A stretch of DNA of 64,000 nt from Eledone cirrhosa. Its lineage: Eukaryota. Made by a program: the position numbers and the translations under genes. The notes below the pieces were generated by a model. It did no database searches, was not told where the DNA came from, and worked only from the letters and a program-made list of their open reading frames with translations. The stretch covers positions 14,074,001 to 14,138,000 of the forward strand of contig OZ024753.1 of assembly GCA_964016885.1 (NCBI GenBank), read 5' to 3'. Positions 50,683-64,000 of this stretch are shown piece after piece. Within the stretch, counting starts at the first letter, position 1; each line of letters starts with the position of its first letter.

Positions 50683-51370
50683 TCTGGCGGGTTTTCTACA
50701 GCTGGATGCCCTTCCTAACACCAACCACATTTACAGTGTGGGGCTAGGAGGTTTTTACCGTGTTGCCTACACGGCCACATTACAGTGTGGACTGTGTGTT
50801 TTTTTGTCGTAACACCTACATAATCTCATATGTTTCGGCTTGGATGTTGTGGCACCAACATAACTTTACATTGAAAGGGGCGGTGTGGATGAGGTGGGTG
50901 TGGTGGGACGGGGGTGTATTTTGTTAGAGATGCCTACTGACTGTAGTAGGTTTTACTTTGTATTTAGGTAAGGCGGGTCTTCTCTATTACTGAGTACCGC
51001 CAAAGATCTCGGTCCAGTGACATTGTCTTGGAGAGGTGTAAGTGTGTGAGGTCGGAATGTATCAAGTCGTCCCAGGTTTTTCTGGGTCTGCCTATTCCGT
51101 GGCTACCGTCTATCTTTATTGCCCTGCACTTTGTTATACAGCTGTCGCCTTTCATACATGTATATATATATGTATATATAGATATGTATATATATATATG
51201 TGTGTATATATATATATATATAGAGATATGTATATATATAGATATGTATATATAGCTATGTATATGCGAGCAAGACAATCACTCTTGCCTCAAGTGGGAC
51301 TACCCCCGTCCAAACCCATGCAAGCGTGGAACACGGACGTTAAACGTTGATGATGATGATGATGATGATG
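50683..51370. mobile_element. RTE 3' end with an inverted 5' part
   Basis: 50683-51155 is on the minus strand; the terminal ~105 nt and (TGA)n tail are on the plus strand at 51263-51370. Confidence 0.8.
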
Positions 51371-51591
51371 ATATATATATATATATATATGTGTATATAT
51401 ATGTATATAGATATGTGTATATATATATATGTATATATAGCTATGTATGTATATATATATATAATATATATATATATATATGTGTGTATATATATATATA
51501 TGTATATAGATATGTGTATATAGATATATGTATATATATATATATATGTGTATATATGTATATAGATGTATATATATATATGTATATAGAT

Positions 51592-51624
<33 letters not shown>

Positions 51625-51701
51625 GGTGTATATATATATATATATATGTATATATATGTATATATATATATGTATATATATAGATGTATATATATGTATA
51701 T

Positions 51702-51739
<38 letters not shown>

Positions 51740-51782
51740 CTATATATATATATATGTGTATATAAATGTGTATATATATATG

Positions 51783-51813
<31 letters not shown>

Positions 51814-51890
51814 GTATATACATGTGTGTATATATATATATGTATGTGTATATATATATATATATGTATATATATATGTATATATATATG

Positions 51891-51921
<31 letters not shown>

Positions 51922-51922
51922 G

Positions 51923-51953
<31 letters not shown>

Positions 51954-51973
51954 GCATATATATATATATATGC

Positions 51974-52008
<35 letters not shown>

Positions 52009-52064
52009 TGTGTGTATATACATATATGTATATATATATATATATGTGTGTATATACATATATG

Positions 52065-52160
<96 letters not shown>

Positions 52161-52361
52161 GAACTACTGATGTTATTACATTGAGCTATTTATCTTACTG
52201 GTAATAAGGTAGTAATAAATTACTGACCTTCACTGTTTGAGGTTTAAAATATACATAACTATAAAAAGTTTTAGTATATACATAACCATAAATAGTATCT
52301 GTAATATTATGTATATATATGTATATACATGTATATATATATATATATGTATATATATATG

Positions 52362-52445
<84 letters not shown>

Positions 52446-52781
52446 CATGTATATATATGTATATACATGTATGTATATATATATATGTATATACATGTAT
52501 GTATATATATATATGTATATATATATATGTATATATATACATATATATATATATGTATATATATATATGTATATATATACATATATGTATATACATGTAT
52601 ATATCTATATGTATATATATAAATATATGTATATATATATATGTATATATATACATATATGTATATACATGTATATATCTATATGTATATATATAAATAT
52701 ATATATGTATATATATGTATATATATATATGTATATATATGTATATATATATATATGTGTATATATATATGTATATATATG

Positions 52782-52819
<38 letters not shown>

Positions 52820-52925
52820 TATGTATATGTATATGTGTATATGTATATGTATATGTGTATATGTATATGTGTATATGTATATGTATATATATGTATATGT
52901 ATATGTATATATGTATATATATATG

Positions 52926-52960
<35 letters not shown>

Positions 52961-53462
52961 GTGTATATATATATATATGTGTATATATATATAGATATGT
53001 ATATATATGTATATATATATAGATATGTATATATATGTATATATATATATGTATATATAGATATGTATATATAGATATGTATATATAGATATGTATATAT
53101 AGATATATGTATATATAGATATGTATATATATAGATATATGTATATATAGATATATGTATATATAGATATATGTATATATAGATATATGTATATATAGAT
53201 ATGTGTATATATAGATATGTATATATATAGATATGTATATATATATAGATATTTATATATAGATATATATGTATATATATATAGATATATATAGATATTT
53301 ATATATATATATATAGATATATATAGATATTTATATATATATATATATGTATATATAGATATGTATATATATATATAGATATAGATATATATATAAATAT
53401 CTATATATATGTATAATAAAGTTAAATAAAAGTCAAATGATTAAAATTTAGCTTCGTTTATT

Positions 53463-53517
53463 ACTGCTATATATATTTCAGTGACAGCCATCTTTGGCTG
53501 TGACCTCTTCAGGCAGT
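53463..53517 (-). ncRNA. Type I hammerhead family H1, left arm of fold-back
   Basis: H1 sequence with a G-U pair closing stem II. Confidence 0.8.
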
Positions 53518-53574
53518 TTGAATTAGTAATCTATAGACTTTGAATTAGTAATAGTCTATAGATTACTAATTCAA

Positions 53575-53629
53575 ACTGCCTGAAGAGGTCACAGCCAAAG
53601 ATGGCTGTCACTGAAATATATATAGCAGT
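53575..53629 (+). ncRNA. Type I hammerhead family H1, right arm of fold-back
   Basis: actgc-CTGAAGA-ggtcacagcc/ggctgtcact-GAA-ATATATAT-A-gcagt. Confidence 0.8.
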
Positions 53630-53805
53630 AATAAACGAAGCTAAATTTTAATCATTTGACTTTTATTTAACTTTATTTTACACTACTCCGGAGTAACCAA
53701 ACCAACCTGCGCACTTCGTCGAGTGCTCCAGCCTGCATACTGAGGTGTTGGTATACAACCAACATAAACTCAAAATATATATATGTATATATAGATATGT
53801 ATATA

Positions 53806-53846
<41 letters not shown>

Positions 53847-53909
53847 ATGTATATATATGTATATAGATATGTATATATATATATGTATATATATGTATAT
53901 ATATCTATG

Positions 53910-53951
<42 letters not shown>

Positions 53952-54235
53952 TGTGTGTATGTATATAGATATGTATATAGATATATATATATGTATATAG
54001 ATGTTTATATATATATATGTATGTATATATATATGTATATGTATATATGTATATATATATAGATGTATATATATATGTATATATTTATGTATATATATAG
54101 AGATGTACATATATATGTATATATAGATGTATATATACATATATGTATATATAGATGTATATATATACATGTATATATAGATCTATATATAGATCTATAT
54201 ATAGATGTATATATATATGTATATGTAGATGTATA

Positions 54236-54291
<56 letters not shown>

Positions 54292-54563
54292 ACTGTGACA
54301 TCAGTTCCAGTAGACAGCATGCTCTGTGACATGAATTAGTGATAGTTTTACAGCTAGAATTAAAGTATAAGGCATTATTAAATACTTCATGAGAGGTCTT
54401 CAGGTTGAGGTATTTAAAAATAGTGTCACACATCATTTCCAAGTAATAAAACTGTCGTCATTTCATTGGTACACTATAGTCTGTGTGTGCGTCTGTCTGT
54501 CTCTCTCTCCCTCTCCCTCTTTCTCTCTCCCTCCCTCCCTCTCCCTCTCTCCTTCTCCCTCTT

Positions 54564-54600
<37 letters not shown>

Positions 54601-54713
54601 GACTCCAGTTCCTCAGTGAAATAACAACCCAACAAGGAACTGGGCATATCAGAGTATTGACAATATCATACACCTAAACAACATATGTACTTGTCTATAC
54701 CATACTAATTCAA

Positions 54714-54768
54714 ACTGCCTGAAGAGGTCACAGCCAAAGATGGCTGTCACTGAAATATATATAGCAGT
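54714..54768 (+). ncRNA. Type I hammerhead family H1
   Basis: Same as 53575-53629; element spans 54600-54915 between (TA)n tracts. Confidence 0.8.
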
Positions 54769-54914
54769 AATAAACGAAGCTAAATTTTAATCATTTGACT
54801 TTTATTTAACTTTATTTTACACTACTCCGGAGTAACCAAACCAACCTGCGCACTTCGTCGAGTGCTCCAGCCTGCATACTGAGGTGTTGGTATACAACCA
54901 ACATAAACTCAAAA

Positions 54915-54959
<45 letters not shown>

Positions 54960-55175
54960 CATCATCATCATCATCAATTTACGTCTGCTTTTCCCTGCTT
55001 GCAAGGGTGGGACAGCTCCTATTCAACACATCATCTCTCCACTTGTCACGGTCCTTTGTCATCTCCACCGTGAGCTTCAGCGATCTGAGGTCTGCTCTCA
55101 CCACCACCGCCCATGTTTTATGTGGTCTTCCTCGACAGTCCAGCAGCCTTACTATTACACATCCAACGGAGCATG
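54960..55175 (-). mobile_element. Deleted RTE 3' fragment (family of 31685-33010)
   Basis: Matches 31685-31850 and 32030-32055. Confidence 0.75.
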
Positions 55176-56625
55176 CATATATATATATATATATATCATC
55201 ATCATTTTACGTCTGCTTTTCCTTGCTTGTATATGTATAGACACTTGATCTGGCAAAAATTGTGTTGTTTCTTTTTACCTCATAAACTTTTTTATTAGTC
55301 TGTTGTATGGTTTAATGCCAGCTATAAACATTTTAATAAGAATGTTGATAGCGTATTTGCAAAAAAAAAACATTGCAATATTAGTTAGAAATTACATGTA
55401 ATTATTATTATATTAAATGTACCAGTAAGGCACTGAGATAATTGCTGGCCTTGTGCCAAAAAGTTCTTTTATCACAATATTCATAGTAAGCCTGCAAGTT
55501 CCAGTAAAGTTTCCTGGATTTCCACCCATATTTGTTACTATATAAAGGTTGTTTCTATTTCTCATCTTTCTTAACTCTTTACCATTTACATTACTCTATT
55601 TTCTGTTGTATTTTCACAGTAAACACTTTAACTCACATGATATCGAAGCATATTTATTAAAGCAGTATAAAGCTAACTACTTATTCCAAGCCACTCACAT
55701 TTTATTTCTCTCATATACATTATTATCATATTTGACATGTGATAAAAATCTCACTATTCTACTACTCACGCTCTATTTGTCATTTGATAACTTCCTACTT
55801 GTACTCTATCTTTTATGTGTGAGAACTAATAAATATACATAGCTAATTATATACATATCATTGTCATCACTGTTTAATGTCCATATTTCCACACCAGCAT
55901 GGGTTAGACACGTTGTCTCATTCTGAGACAAATCAGATCAGACGACCGTGTCTTGTTCATACAGAACCATTTCTGGCTTGGTTTCTACAGATGGATGCCC
56001 TTTCTAATGCCAACCATATTTACAGTGTGAACCGAGTGCCTTTTCTCATTGCACCTACCTGACTACTTTACAGTTGAATTCTTGAAAATTAAAAACACAA
56101 TTAGAATTTGGTTTTTTGCTCTATCATAGCAGATTACATAAATGTAAGTATGGGTTTATCAAATAATTTTCGACAAGACCAACCATAAAATTGCTCTGTA
56201 TGCAAATGAGGTTAATCAGCCAATGTGTACTTTAGAAAATACTATATATTTTCAAAATTCAATCGAGTAGCTGAGAGGTATACAGTCCTGATGAAGGGAA
56301 ATGACTCAGACACATATTGATTATTCCTTGATGGTACTGTTGAACAAACGGATGATGATAATCATCAAAACACAGCATAGTATAGTAAGGTCATTTGCTT
56401 GCAAACAAATCGAATATTATTATTATTCAATAAACCCATACTTACATATCTCTATATATATATATTCATAAATTTTGAGTATATGTTGGTTGTTTACCGA
56501 TACCTCGGTATGCAGATTGGAGCACTTGACGAAGTACGCAGGTTGGTTTGTTTACTCCGGAGTAATGTAAAATAATTAAGTCAAATATGTAAAATTTGGC
56601 TTCGTTTATTATAAATTATAGATAT

Positions 56626-56680
56626 ACTGCTATATATATTTCGGTGACAGCCATCATCGGCTGTGACCTCTTCAGGCAGT
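56626..56680 (-). ncRNA. Type I hammerhead family H1 (loop II variant)
   Basis: actgc-CTGAAGA-ggtcacagcc gatgat ggctgtcacc-GAA-ATATATAT-A-gcagt; element spans about 56468-56720. Confidence 0.85.
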
Positions 56681-59512
56681 CCGAATTGGTGTGGGAAAGA
56701 CAGGTACACAAGTTGTTGATATATTCATCCATATATTTCTTTTTTTTTTTTTTTTTTTCTTCTTTCAAATAAATTTCAACTCATCTTGATTTCATTTTGT
56801 GAAAACTTATTCAGTTTTATCAATTCAAAATTGGAAAATTTGTGTAGTTAAAACATTATGGGAAGCAAAAAATATACCAGCTTTGGGGTTTTTCTTTTTC
56901 GGTTTTTTTTTTTCCTTTTTTTCTTTTGAAGGGCAATATTTTGGTATGCATGACAATTGGTTTTATTGTATATTTTTATCTGGATTTTTTTTATTATAAT
57001 GGCTTGAAAACTCATATTTTCATTGTTTATAATCTACATACAAGTAAAAACTTGTTTAAATAGACTTTTACTTTTGCACTCAATTATTTACTTTTGCACT
57101 CGCTTACTTACTATTGGTACAAAGGAATATTAGTATCGGGAACTATTATTATTATTATTATTATTGTTACTGTTATTGTTGTTGTTGTTATTTTATTATG
57201 GATTGACAGAACCAATAGAGCATCAGACAACATGTTTTGTGGCATATAGTTATGGCCCTTTACGTTCTGAGTTCAAATCCCGCTTCGGTCAACTTTTTCA
57301 TCCTTACGGGGTTGATAAAATATAGTACCAGTAAGTCACTGGGGTCGATTTGATTGACTTTCCTCCCCCCAAAATCGTTGGCCTTGTTCCTAAATCAGAA
57401 ACCATTATTATTATTATTAAAGATAATAATAAGGGCGCTGGATTGGCAATATCGGTAGAGGGTCAGACGCCATGCTTTGCAGCATAGAGTTACGGCCCTT
57501 TATGATCTGAGTTCAAATCTTGCCGAAGTTAACTTTGCCTTTCATCCTTACAGGGTCGATAAAAGAATTGTTTCTACTTTTGGCACAAGGCCAGCAATTA
57601 TCCCAGTGCATTACTGGTACTTTATTTTATCGACCCCGCAAGGATGAAAGGCAAAGTTAACCTCGACGGGATTTGAACTCAGACTGTAAAGGAAAGCATG
57701 TCATCCGACCCTCTACCGATACTGCCATGCTTTGCAGTATTCGTTCTGACTCTCCTCTCTGAGTTCAAATCCCACTGAGGTCAACTTTGCCTTTCATCCA
57801 TTCAAGGGTGATAAGTGATAAAAATAGTACCAGTCAAGTACTGGTGTCGATTCTTCCTCTATATCACTTTCATACCTCTGTTCTCTCACTCTCTCTATCC
57901 TTCCCCGGAAGAAGTCTACTACTATATTCAGACCTGGAGAGGAGATGGGCTCCGCCAAGTTTAAAAATGCCCTTCAGTATGGTGCTCCTATGACTCTCAC
58001 AGGAGTTACTAGTCCACTGGTCCATACATATATTATTTGGTCTGTCTGTCAACAAAGGGTTCTGTACATAACGTTTGACATCTTCACTTTCTCACACCCA
58101 AATACTTAATTCTTCTTACTGAAGTTTGTCATGTGGATTGGCAGTATCGGTAGAGGGTCGGACGCCATGCTTTGCAGCAAAGAGTTACGCCCCTTTATGC
58201 TCTGAGTTCAAATCCCGCCGAGGTTAACTTTGCCTTTCATCCTTACAGGGTCGATAAAATAAAGTACCAGTAATACACTGGGTAATTGCTGGCCTTGTGC
58301 CAATAGTAGAAACAATTATTTACCAACATAGACCATCATTGGTTTCTTTATATTTTACTGCTTCACTTTAGTTACAATGAAGCTGATGTTAAATTTAAAC
58401 TATTGCCTCTTAACTCATTAAACAAAATGTATGTCAATAGAAAGAACACATGAGAATTGGTTATATAACCAACTTTGATACAAATAATAATTTCCTCTAT
58501 AGGCACAAGGCCAGCAATTTTAAATTAACCCATGCTTTGATACAAATAATAATTGTTTCTACTTTTGGCACAAGGCCAAATAATAATAATAACACAAATT
58601 CAAATAATTTTGAAAACCATACAATGCACTAGAAAGAAAATTAAAATTGCTAAGATAACAAAAGAATCTTACCTTAGCAAATTTAATAATCCCAAATATT
58701 TTCAACTTTAAAAACTCATTATCAAAGGAGTATCCCTATGAGAGACTTAAAGGATCGATTGGAGTTGACTTGTTTGGACAGCAGATTTAAGTTAAAATAA
58801 TGATTTCGGATTTAGGCACAAGGCCAGCAATTTTTGGGTGGAGAAAATCGATTAAATTATACCAGTGCATTACTTGTTCTTTATTTTATCAAGCCCTGTA
58901 AGGATGAAAGGCAAAGCTAACCTCTGCGGGATTTGAACTAAGAATGTAAAGGGCTGTAACTCCATGCTGCAAATCATGTTGTCTGGCGCCTTACCAATAT
59001 TGCCAACCCACCACCCTAATAATAATAATAATAAAAATCACTGTCGTTTTCATATGCTGTTGCCTTAAATTGTTTTAGAAAAGCCAGTATAATACAAGTT
59101 TGAAAAATAAAGGTGTGAAAATATGCCAAGTAAAACAAAACAATAGTTTACACTTATACCTTATATTTCACAATATTTTGGATGAAAAACCCCTTATCAA
59201 AAGAAAGTGGAGGATGTTGATGAGCTGATATATTTTACTCAAATGTTATTGATTTTGTTGTTTTATTTCTCTCCTTGATATCAAGGTAAAACAAGTCTGT
59301 GCCACAGTATATTACATGTTTCATAATCTGAGATGCTTTTTTAACCTGTAAAAAATACCTGGTTTGATCTAACAACCCTCCCTCTCCAGTGTTTGTCTCA
59401 TTCCACCACAGTTCCGCACCACTAATCTCTGCCAGCATGTATTACCTTAATTCACCTTTTTATGTTTGGTTACTGCGTTACTCCACTCATTGCTATACGT
59501 TACACCTTCAAA

Positions 59513-60370
59513 AAACTATTCCACACTTGCAACCTTTCTCTAGATTTCTTTAAGTAATCTTCTGATTTCTCAGACACTCCTTCACTTCATTATTCCACCT
59601 TATTCCACCACACTATTACACCAAACTATTCCACACTTGCAACCTTTCTCTAGATTTCTTTAATTAATCTTCTGATTTCTCAGACACTCCTTCACTTCAT
59701 TATTCCACCTTATTCCACCACACTATTACACCAAACTATTCCAGACTTGCAACCTTTCTCTAGATTTCTTTAATTAATCTTCTGATTTCTCAGACACTCC
59801 TTCACTTCATTATTCCACCTTATTCCACCACACTATTACACCAAACTATTCCAGACTTGCAACCTTTCTCTAGATTTCTTTAATTAATCTTCTGATTTCT
59901 CAGACACTCCTTCACTTCATTATTCCACCTTATTCCACCACACTATTACACCAAACTATTCCACACTTGCAGCGTTTTTCTAGATTTCTTTAAGTAATCT
60001 TCTGATTTCTCAGACACTCCTTCACTTCATTATTCCACCTTATTCCACCACACTATTACACCAAACTATTCCAGACTTGCAACCTTTCTCTAGATTTCTT
60101 TAATTAATCTTCTGATTTCTCAGACACTCCTTCACTTCATTATTCCACCTTATTCCACCACACTATTACACCAAACTATTCCACACTTGCAGCGTTTTTC
60201 TAGATTTCTTTAAGTAATCTTCTGATTTCTCAGACACTCCTTCACTTCATTATTCCACCTTATTCCACCACACTATTACACCAAACTATTCCACACTTGC
60301 AGCGTTTTTCTAGATTTCTTTAAGTAATCTTCTGATTTCTCAGACACTCCTTCACTTCATTATTCCACCA
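59513..60370. repeat. 110-bp tandem repeat, about 8 copies
   Basis: aaactatt recurs every 110 nt; units are nearly identical. Confidence 0.92.
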
Positions 60371-60572
60371 CACATATATCCTATAGTTTTGTTCTATATT
60401 CCTGTGAAATGCGAAAATGTAAGTAAGTATGCTATGATTCCCTGCCCTATCTAAAAGGTCAATGGTATTGATAAATACTTTACTCCCTATGAATCAATTG
60501 TAGCCACATGTCAAAAGAATCTTCTTGCTTCATTTATGACTGAACTTAATTCTAAATGTATTACGGTGACGA

Positions 60573-60629
<57 letters not shown>

Positions 60630-61142
60630 GAATAAATGAACAGAGAACAAAAAACAGAGAGGCAGTACAAATGATATGGTTTTTAGTTTTACGCTTGAGA
60701 GTGGCGATATGATGATGATATATATATATATATCCCTTGCCGAGCCCCATGTGGGGTCGGTAACGGTCATTCCTTAAATTAGCACTCGAACTAAAACCTG
60801 TTGAAAAAGTGGCTTCCTTGTTCAATCATCTTACCAGAAGCCTAACATTATTTGTGTAAGCAGACAGTACTTGATTTAGGAGTCGCAGAAACCCAAATGC
60901 TGGATTTTACCAACCATCCAGGGGTCCGGATAAATTTTTTCAATCACATATATTTTTATTTGTTTGACCCGAATTACTTGGTCGTTTTGTGGCTGTGCGG
61001 ATGATTGTTTAACCATCGTCTCAGTGTGTTTGGCCTTTTAACGTATGTTGTAGCTCTGGTTCATCTGACTCATTGAGCGCTTGCCACACATCTCGGAAGT
61101 TGTTTTTCGTTAATTCCTAAGCCGAAATACGATTTATATTTG

Positions 61143-61173
<31 letters not shown>

Positions 61174-62134
61174 ATATATATATATATATATATAAGCATA
61201 TATATGTATATGACAAAGAAAAGAAAATGTTTAAAATCCTCTTACTATAATAAGGATTGGTGCACAAACACTCCAGCAGAATATCCAGAAGAAAGCTGGG
61301 TGGGGTGTATACCCAATCATATATTTTATGTTGGTCATAAATCTTCGAACACCTAGAAACAAAAGACTGAAATTTTTTAAAAGAATCAAAGACATACAAA
61401 GGACTATTTATTTATTTTGTTGTTGTTGATTTAGACCTAAATTAAAGACATACATAGGGATGTTATTTCCATTAGGGTTGTGTAGCCCTATGTTAACACT
61501 AATCATTCTGGATGACAACATCCTGTTCATACATTTCAATTTGGCCTAGTTTCTATGGTTGGATGCTCTTTCTAATACCAACCACTTTACAACATCTGGG
61601 TGCATTCTATCATGGCCCCATCATATACTGTCACTAGCACTAATACTTTACAGATTGAGCAGGATGCATTTTACCATGACCACAGCACTACCAATTTACA
61701 GCATGTACTTGGTGCATTTTATCACAGCATCACATCTACCACTTTACAGGGTGTGCTGGGCTCACTTTAATTTGATACTGAAAATGTGGCAGTCTTACAT
61801 GGGTGGGATATTATCCATACACCACAGTGTTGACCTTACATACACCACAGTGCTCACATTACTAACACTACACTCTTGAGGGCTACTGGTAACATGTAAC
61901 CCAGTACAACCTGTCGCATGGTCGGGTCGTCGGCGACTAAACTGACAACCCAACCAAGTTTACTTGGTGAGGAGGGTGATTTGGGACACCCTGCAGGACA
62001 AAAAACAAAGTCTGACAAAGGGCGGAAGAACTCATAAGAGTCAACGGCCATCCAAAAGTGTGTAAATATGTATATACACATGTACCGTGCGGTTAAACCA
62101 CTGGGAGTGAAGGACCCCTAGCCTGTTGGCCCTC

Positions 62135-63860
62135 TAGTTGATGAAACTGGCACACTCCAAGATAATGCCAAAACCATGGGCGAGATACTGCAGAAACAAT
62201 ACTGCTGTTTTCAGCAATCCTGATATGGCCGATCTGGGCTGTGTCAGTGATGTTAATCCCCAACACACTATATCGGACATAACGTTTGGCGCCCCTGATG
62301 TCTTAGAGGCAATAAACAAAATTAAAGACAATTCAGCAGTAAGCCCCGACAGGTTCCCTGCTTGTGTCCTGAAGGTGTGTCGACACCAACTTGCATCTCC
62401 TCTTGCTAATCGGTGGAGGAACTCACTGGATACTGGCTATATTCCTGAAAACTTTCTGTCCCAGTCTTCAAAAAGGGAAATAAGTCCCTTGCAGTGAACT
62501 ACTGTCCGATCTCACTCACCTCTCATATTATCAAGGTATTTGAGAGGGTGGTGAGATCATGAATAACCCACTTTCTTGAAAGCAACAGCCTGCTGAACTC
62601 CAACCAACATGGGTTCCGTAATGGAAGGGACTGCCTAACACAGCTCCTGCATCACTTTGACGATGTTTTGAGAGCCTTGCGAGAGGGCTCCAACACTGAT
62701 GTCATCTACCTTGATTTCAGCAAGGCCTTTGACAGGGTTGATCATAAGGTTCTACTGAAAAAACTATCCAATATTGGTGTCTCTGGAAAGTTACTACAGT
62801 AGATCAAATGTTTCCTGACAGACAGAACCCAACATGTTGTAGTCGAAGGAGTAAAATTAAGCCCTGCCAAAGTCAGCAGTGGCGTCCCACAAGGCACTGT
62901 GTTGGGCCTACTTCTTTTCATCATCTACATTAATGACATTACTGACATCATCAAGCACAGCAACATAAGAATCTTCGCAGATGATTCCAAGCTCCAAAGG
63001 GTCATCAGTGAGGTGGGTGACCGGACTTGCCTTCAGTCAGGCCTACTAGCTGTTATCCAATGGGCAGAAAAGAATAATATGCTGTTGAATGAGGATAAGT
63101 TTGAATTCATCCACTTTGGAAAAAAGAGTGCCCTGAAACTACCATACTCTCTTCCTTTGGATGAAACTCTAGTGGCATCCAACAACATCAGAGACCTGGG
63201 AGTAATTGTGGACAACAACATAAGCTGGGCCACTCATATACACAGCAAAGTTGACATGGCCCGCAGAATGTGTTCCTGGATTCTCAGAACCTTCCAGTCG
63301 AGAGATATCCACACTATTATCCATCTCTTCTCCACTTTTGCCCGACTCCACCTTGAATACTGTTGTCCACTGTGGTCTCCCCACATGAAACAAAGTATCA
63401 TGAAAGTTGAAGCACCCCAAAGATCAATTACAAAAAAGATAGATGGCATGACAGGCCTTGACTATTGGAGTCGGTTAGAAAAGCTCAACCTTTATTCTCT
63501 CCAATGTCGCCGTAAGTGCTATATTGTCTGCATGATGTGGAAAATATTCCATCAGCTTTGCCCAAATGATGTTGGCATCACCTTTAATGTACACCCAAGG
63601 CTTGGGCCCCGTGCTATCCGCCCATGACAAAATTCTCACTCGCATCTCATAACAACAATACGGCACAATTATTTCATCTCAATTGGCCCTGCCCTCTTTA
63701 ACATTACACCAAAACACATCAAAACAGAAACAGACCCCATCAAGTTGAAGAAGTCTTTGGACAAATTCCTTCAAGAAATCCCGGATATGCCTCCTACACC
63801 CGGATATGCCTCCATAAACAATAACTCTCTGCTCGAGTGGTCCATGGTGCCTTTAAATAG
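62135..63860 (+). mobile_element. Degenerate CR1-group (CR1/Daphne/Crack-like) LINE ORF2 RT region
   Basis: YCPISLTSHIIKVFER, NQHGFR, YLDFSKAFDRVDH, GVPQGTVLG, IFADDSKL, IRDLGVIVD and HLEYCCPLWSPH motifs, with stops and frameshifts. Confidence 0.9.
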
Positions 63861-64000
63861 CAAATTAGATGTGAAAGTAATGTGGAAGATTTTTTATCGG
63901 ATCTATTAAATGTATGTTTGTGATTATACCAGCGTTCTTTGAATTTTTGTAGAAGTGGTTCCTATATAGTTGAATATTTTGTCTCTAGTTTTTACTGTGC

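Larger units (their letters stand above)
51371..54290. repeat. ~3 kb degenerate (TA)n/(TATG)n/(TAGA)n microsatellite field
   Basis: Direct observation; interrupted by an HHR element at 53415-53775. Confidence 0.95.

Noticed and set aside
51340-54442. Many long YI/IY-rich ORFs (also at 46581-47412 and 48931-49494)
   Set aside because: Translations of (TA)n microsatellites, which lack stop codons.
56284-56322. agtc-CTGATGA-aggg..ctca-GACA-catat-tgatt hammerhead-like motif
   Set aside because: GAAA and stem II are both damaged; too weak to call, though it may be a relic.
59235-59438. 67-aa minus-strand ORF with protein-like composition
   Set aside because: No recognisable motif or splice support.

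Overview
AT-rich, repeat-saturated eukaryotic (metazoan) DNA. The SINE/RTE/microsatellite content suggests a cephalopod, probably octopus (inference). Most of the window is intron-like. Three phase-compatible + strand exons (36157-36426, 37978-38068, 41986-42152) encode part of an unidentified Gly/Ala- then Asn/Gln/Asp-rich protein. The rest is truncated RTE, CR1-group and I/Ingi-like LINEs, two main tRNA-derived SINE families, piggyBac-, hAT- and pogo-type MITEs, Helitron pieces, minisatellites and long (TA)n/(GA)n tracts. Most ORF-track entries are microsatellite artefacts. The most striking signal is about 20 type I hammerhead ribozyme (HHR) motifs, intact or decayed, from roughly ten unrelated sequence families. 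They sit in short non-coding elements that are embedded in (TA)n microsatellites and often form fold-back inverted repeats. Variants include palindromic dimer-type stem III, U3-A8 compensated cores and very long stem II inserts. This points to a diverse set of non-autonomous Penelope-like/retrozyme-like elements that prefer TA repeats. All folds were read by eye and none has been computed or tested.
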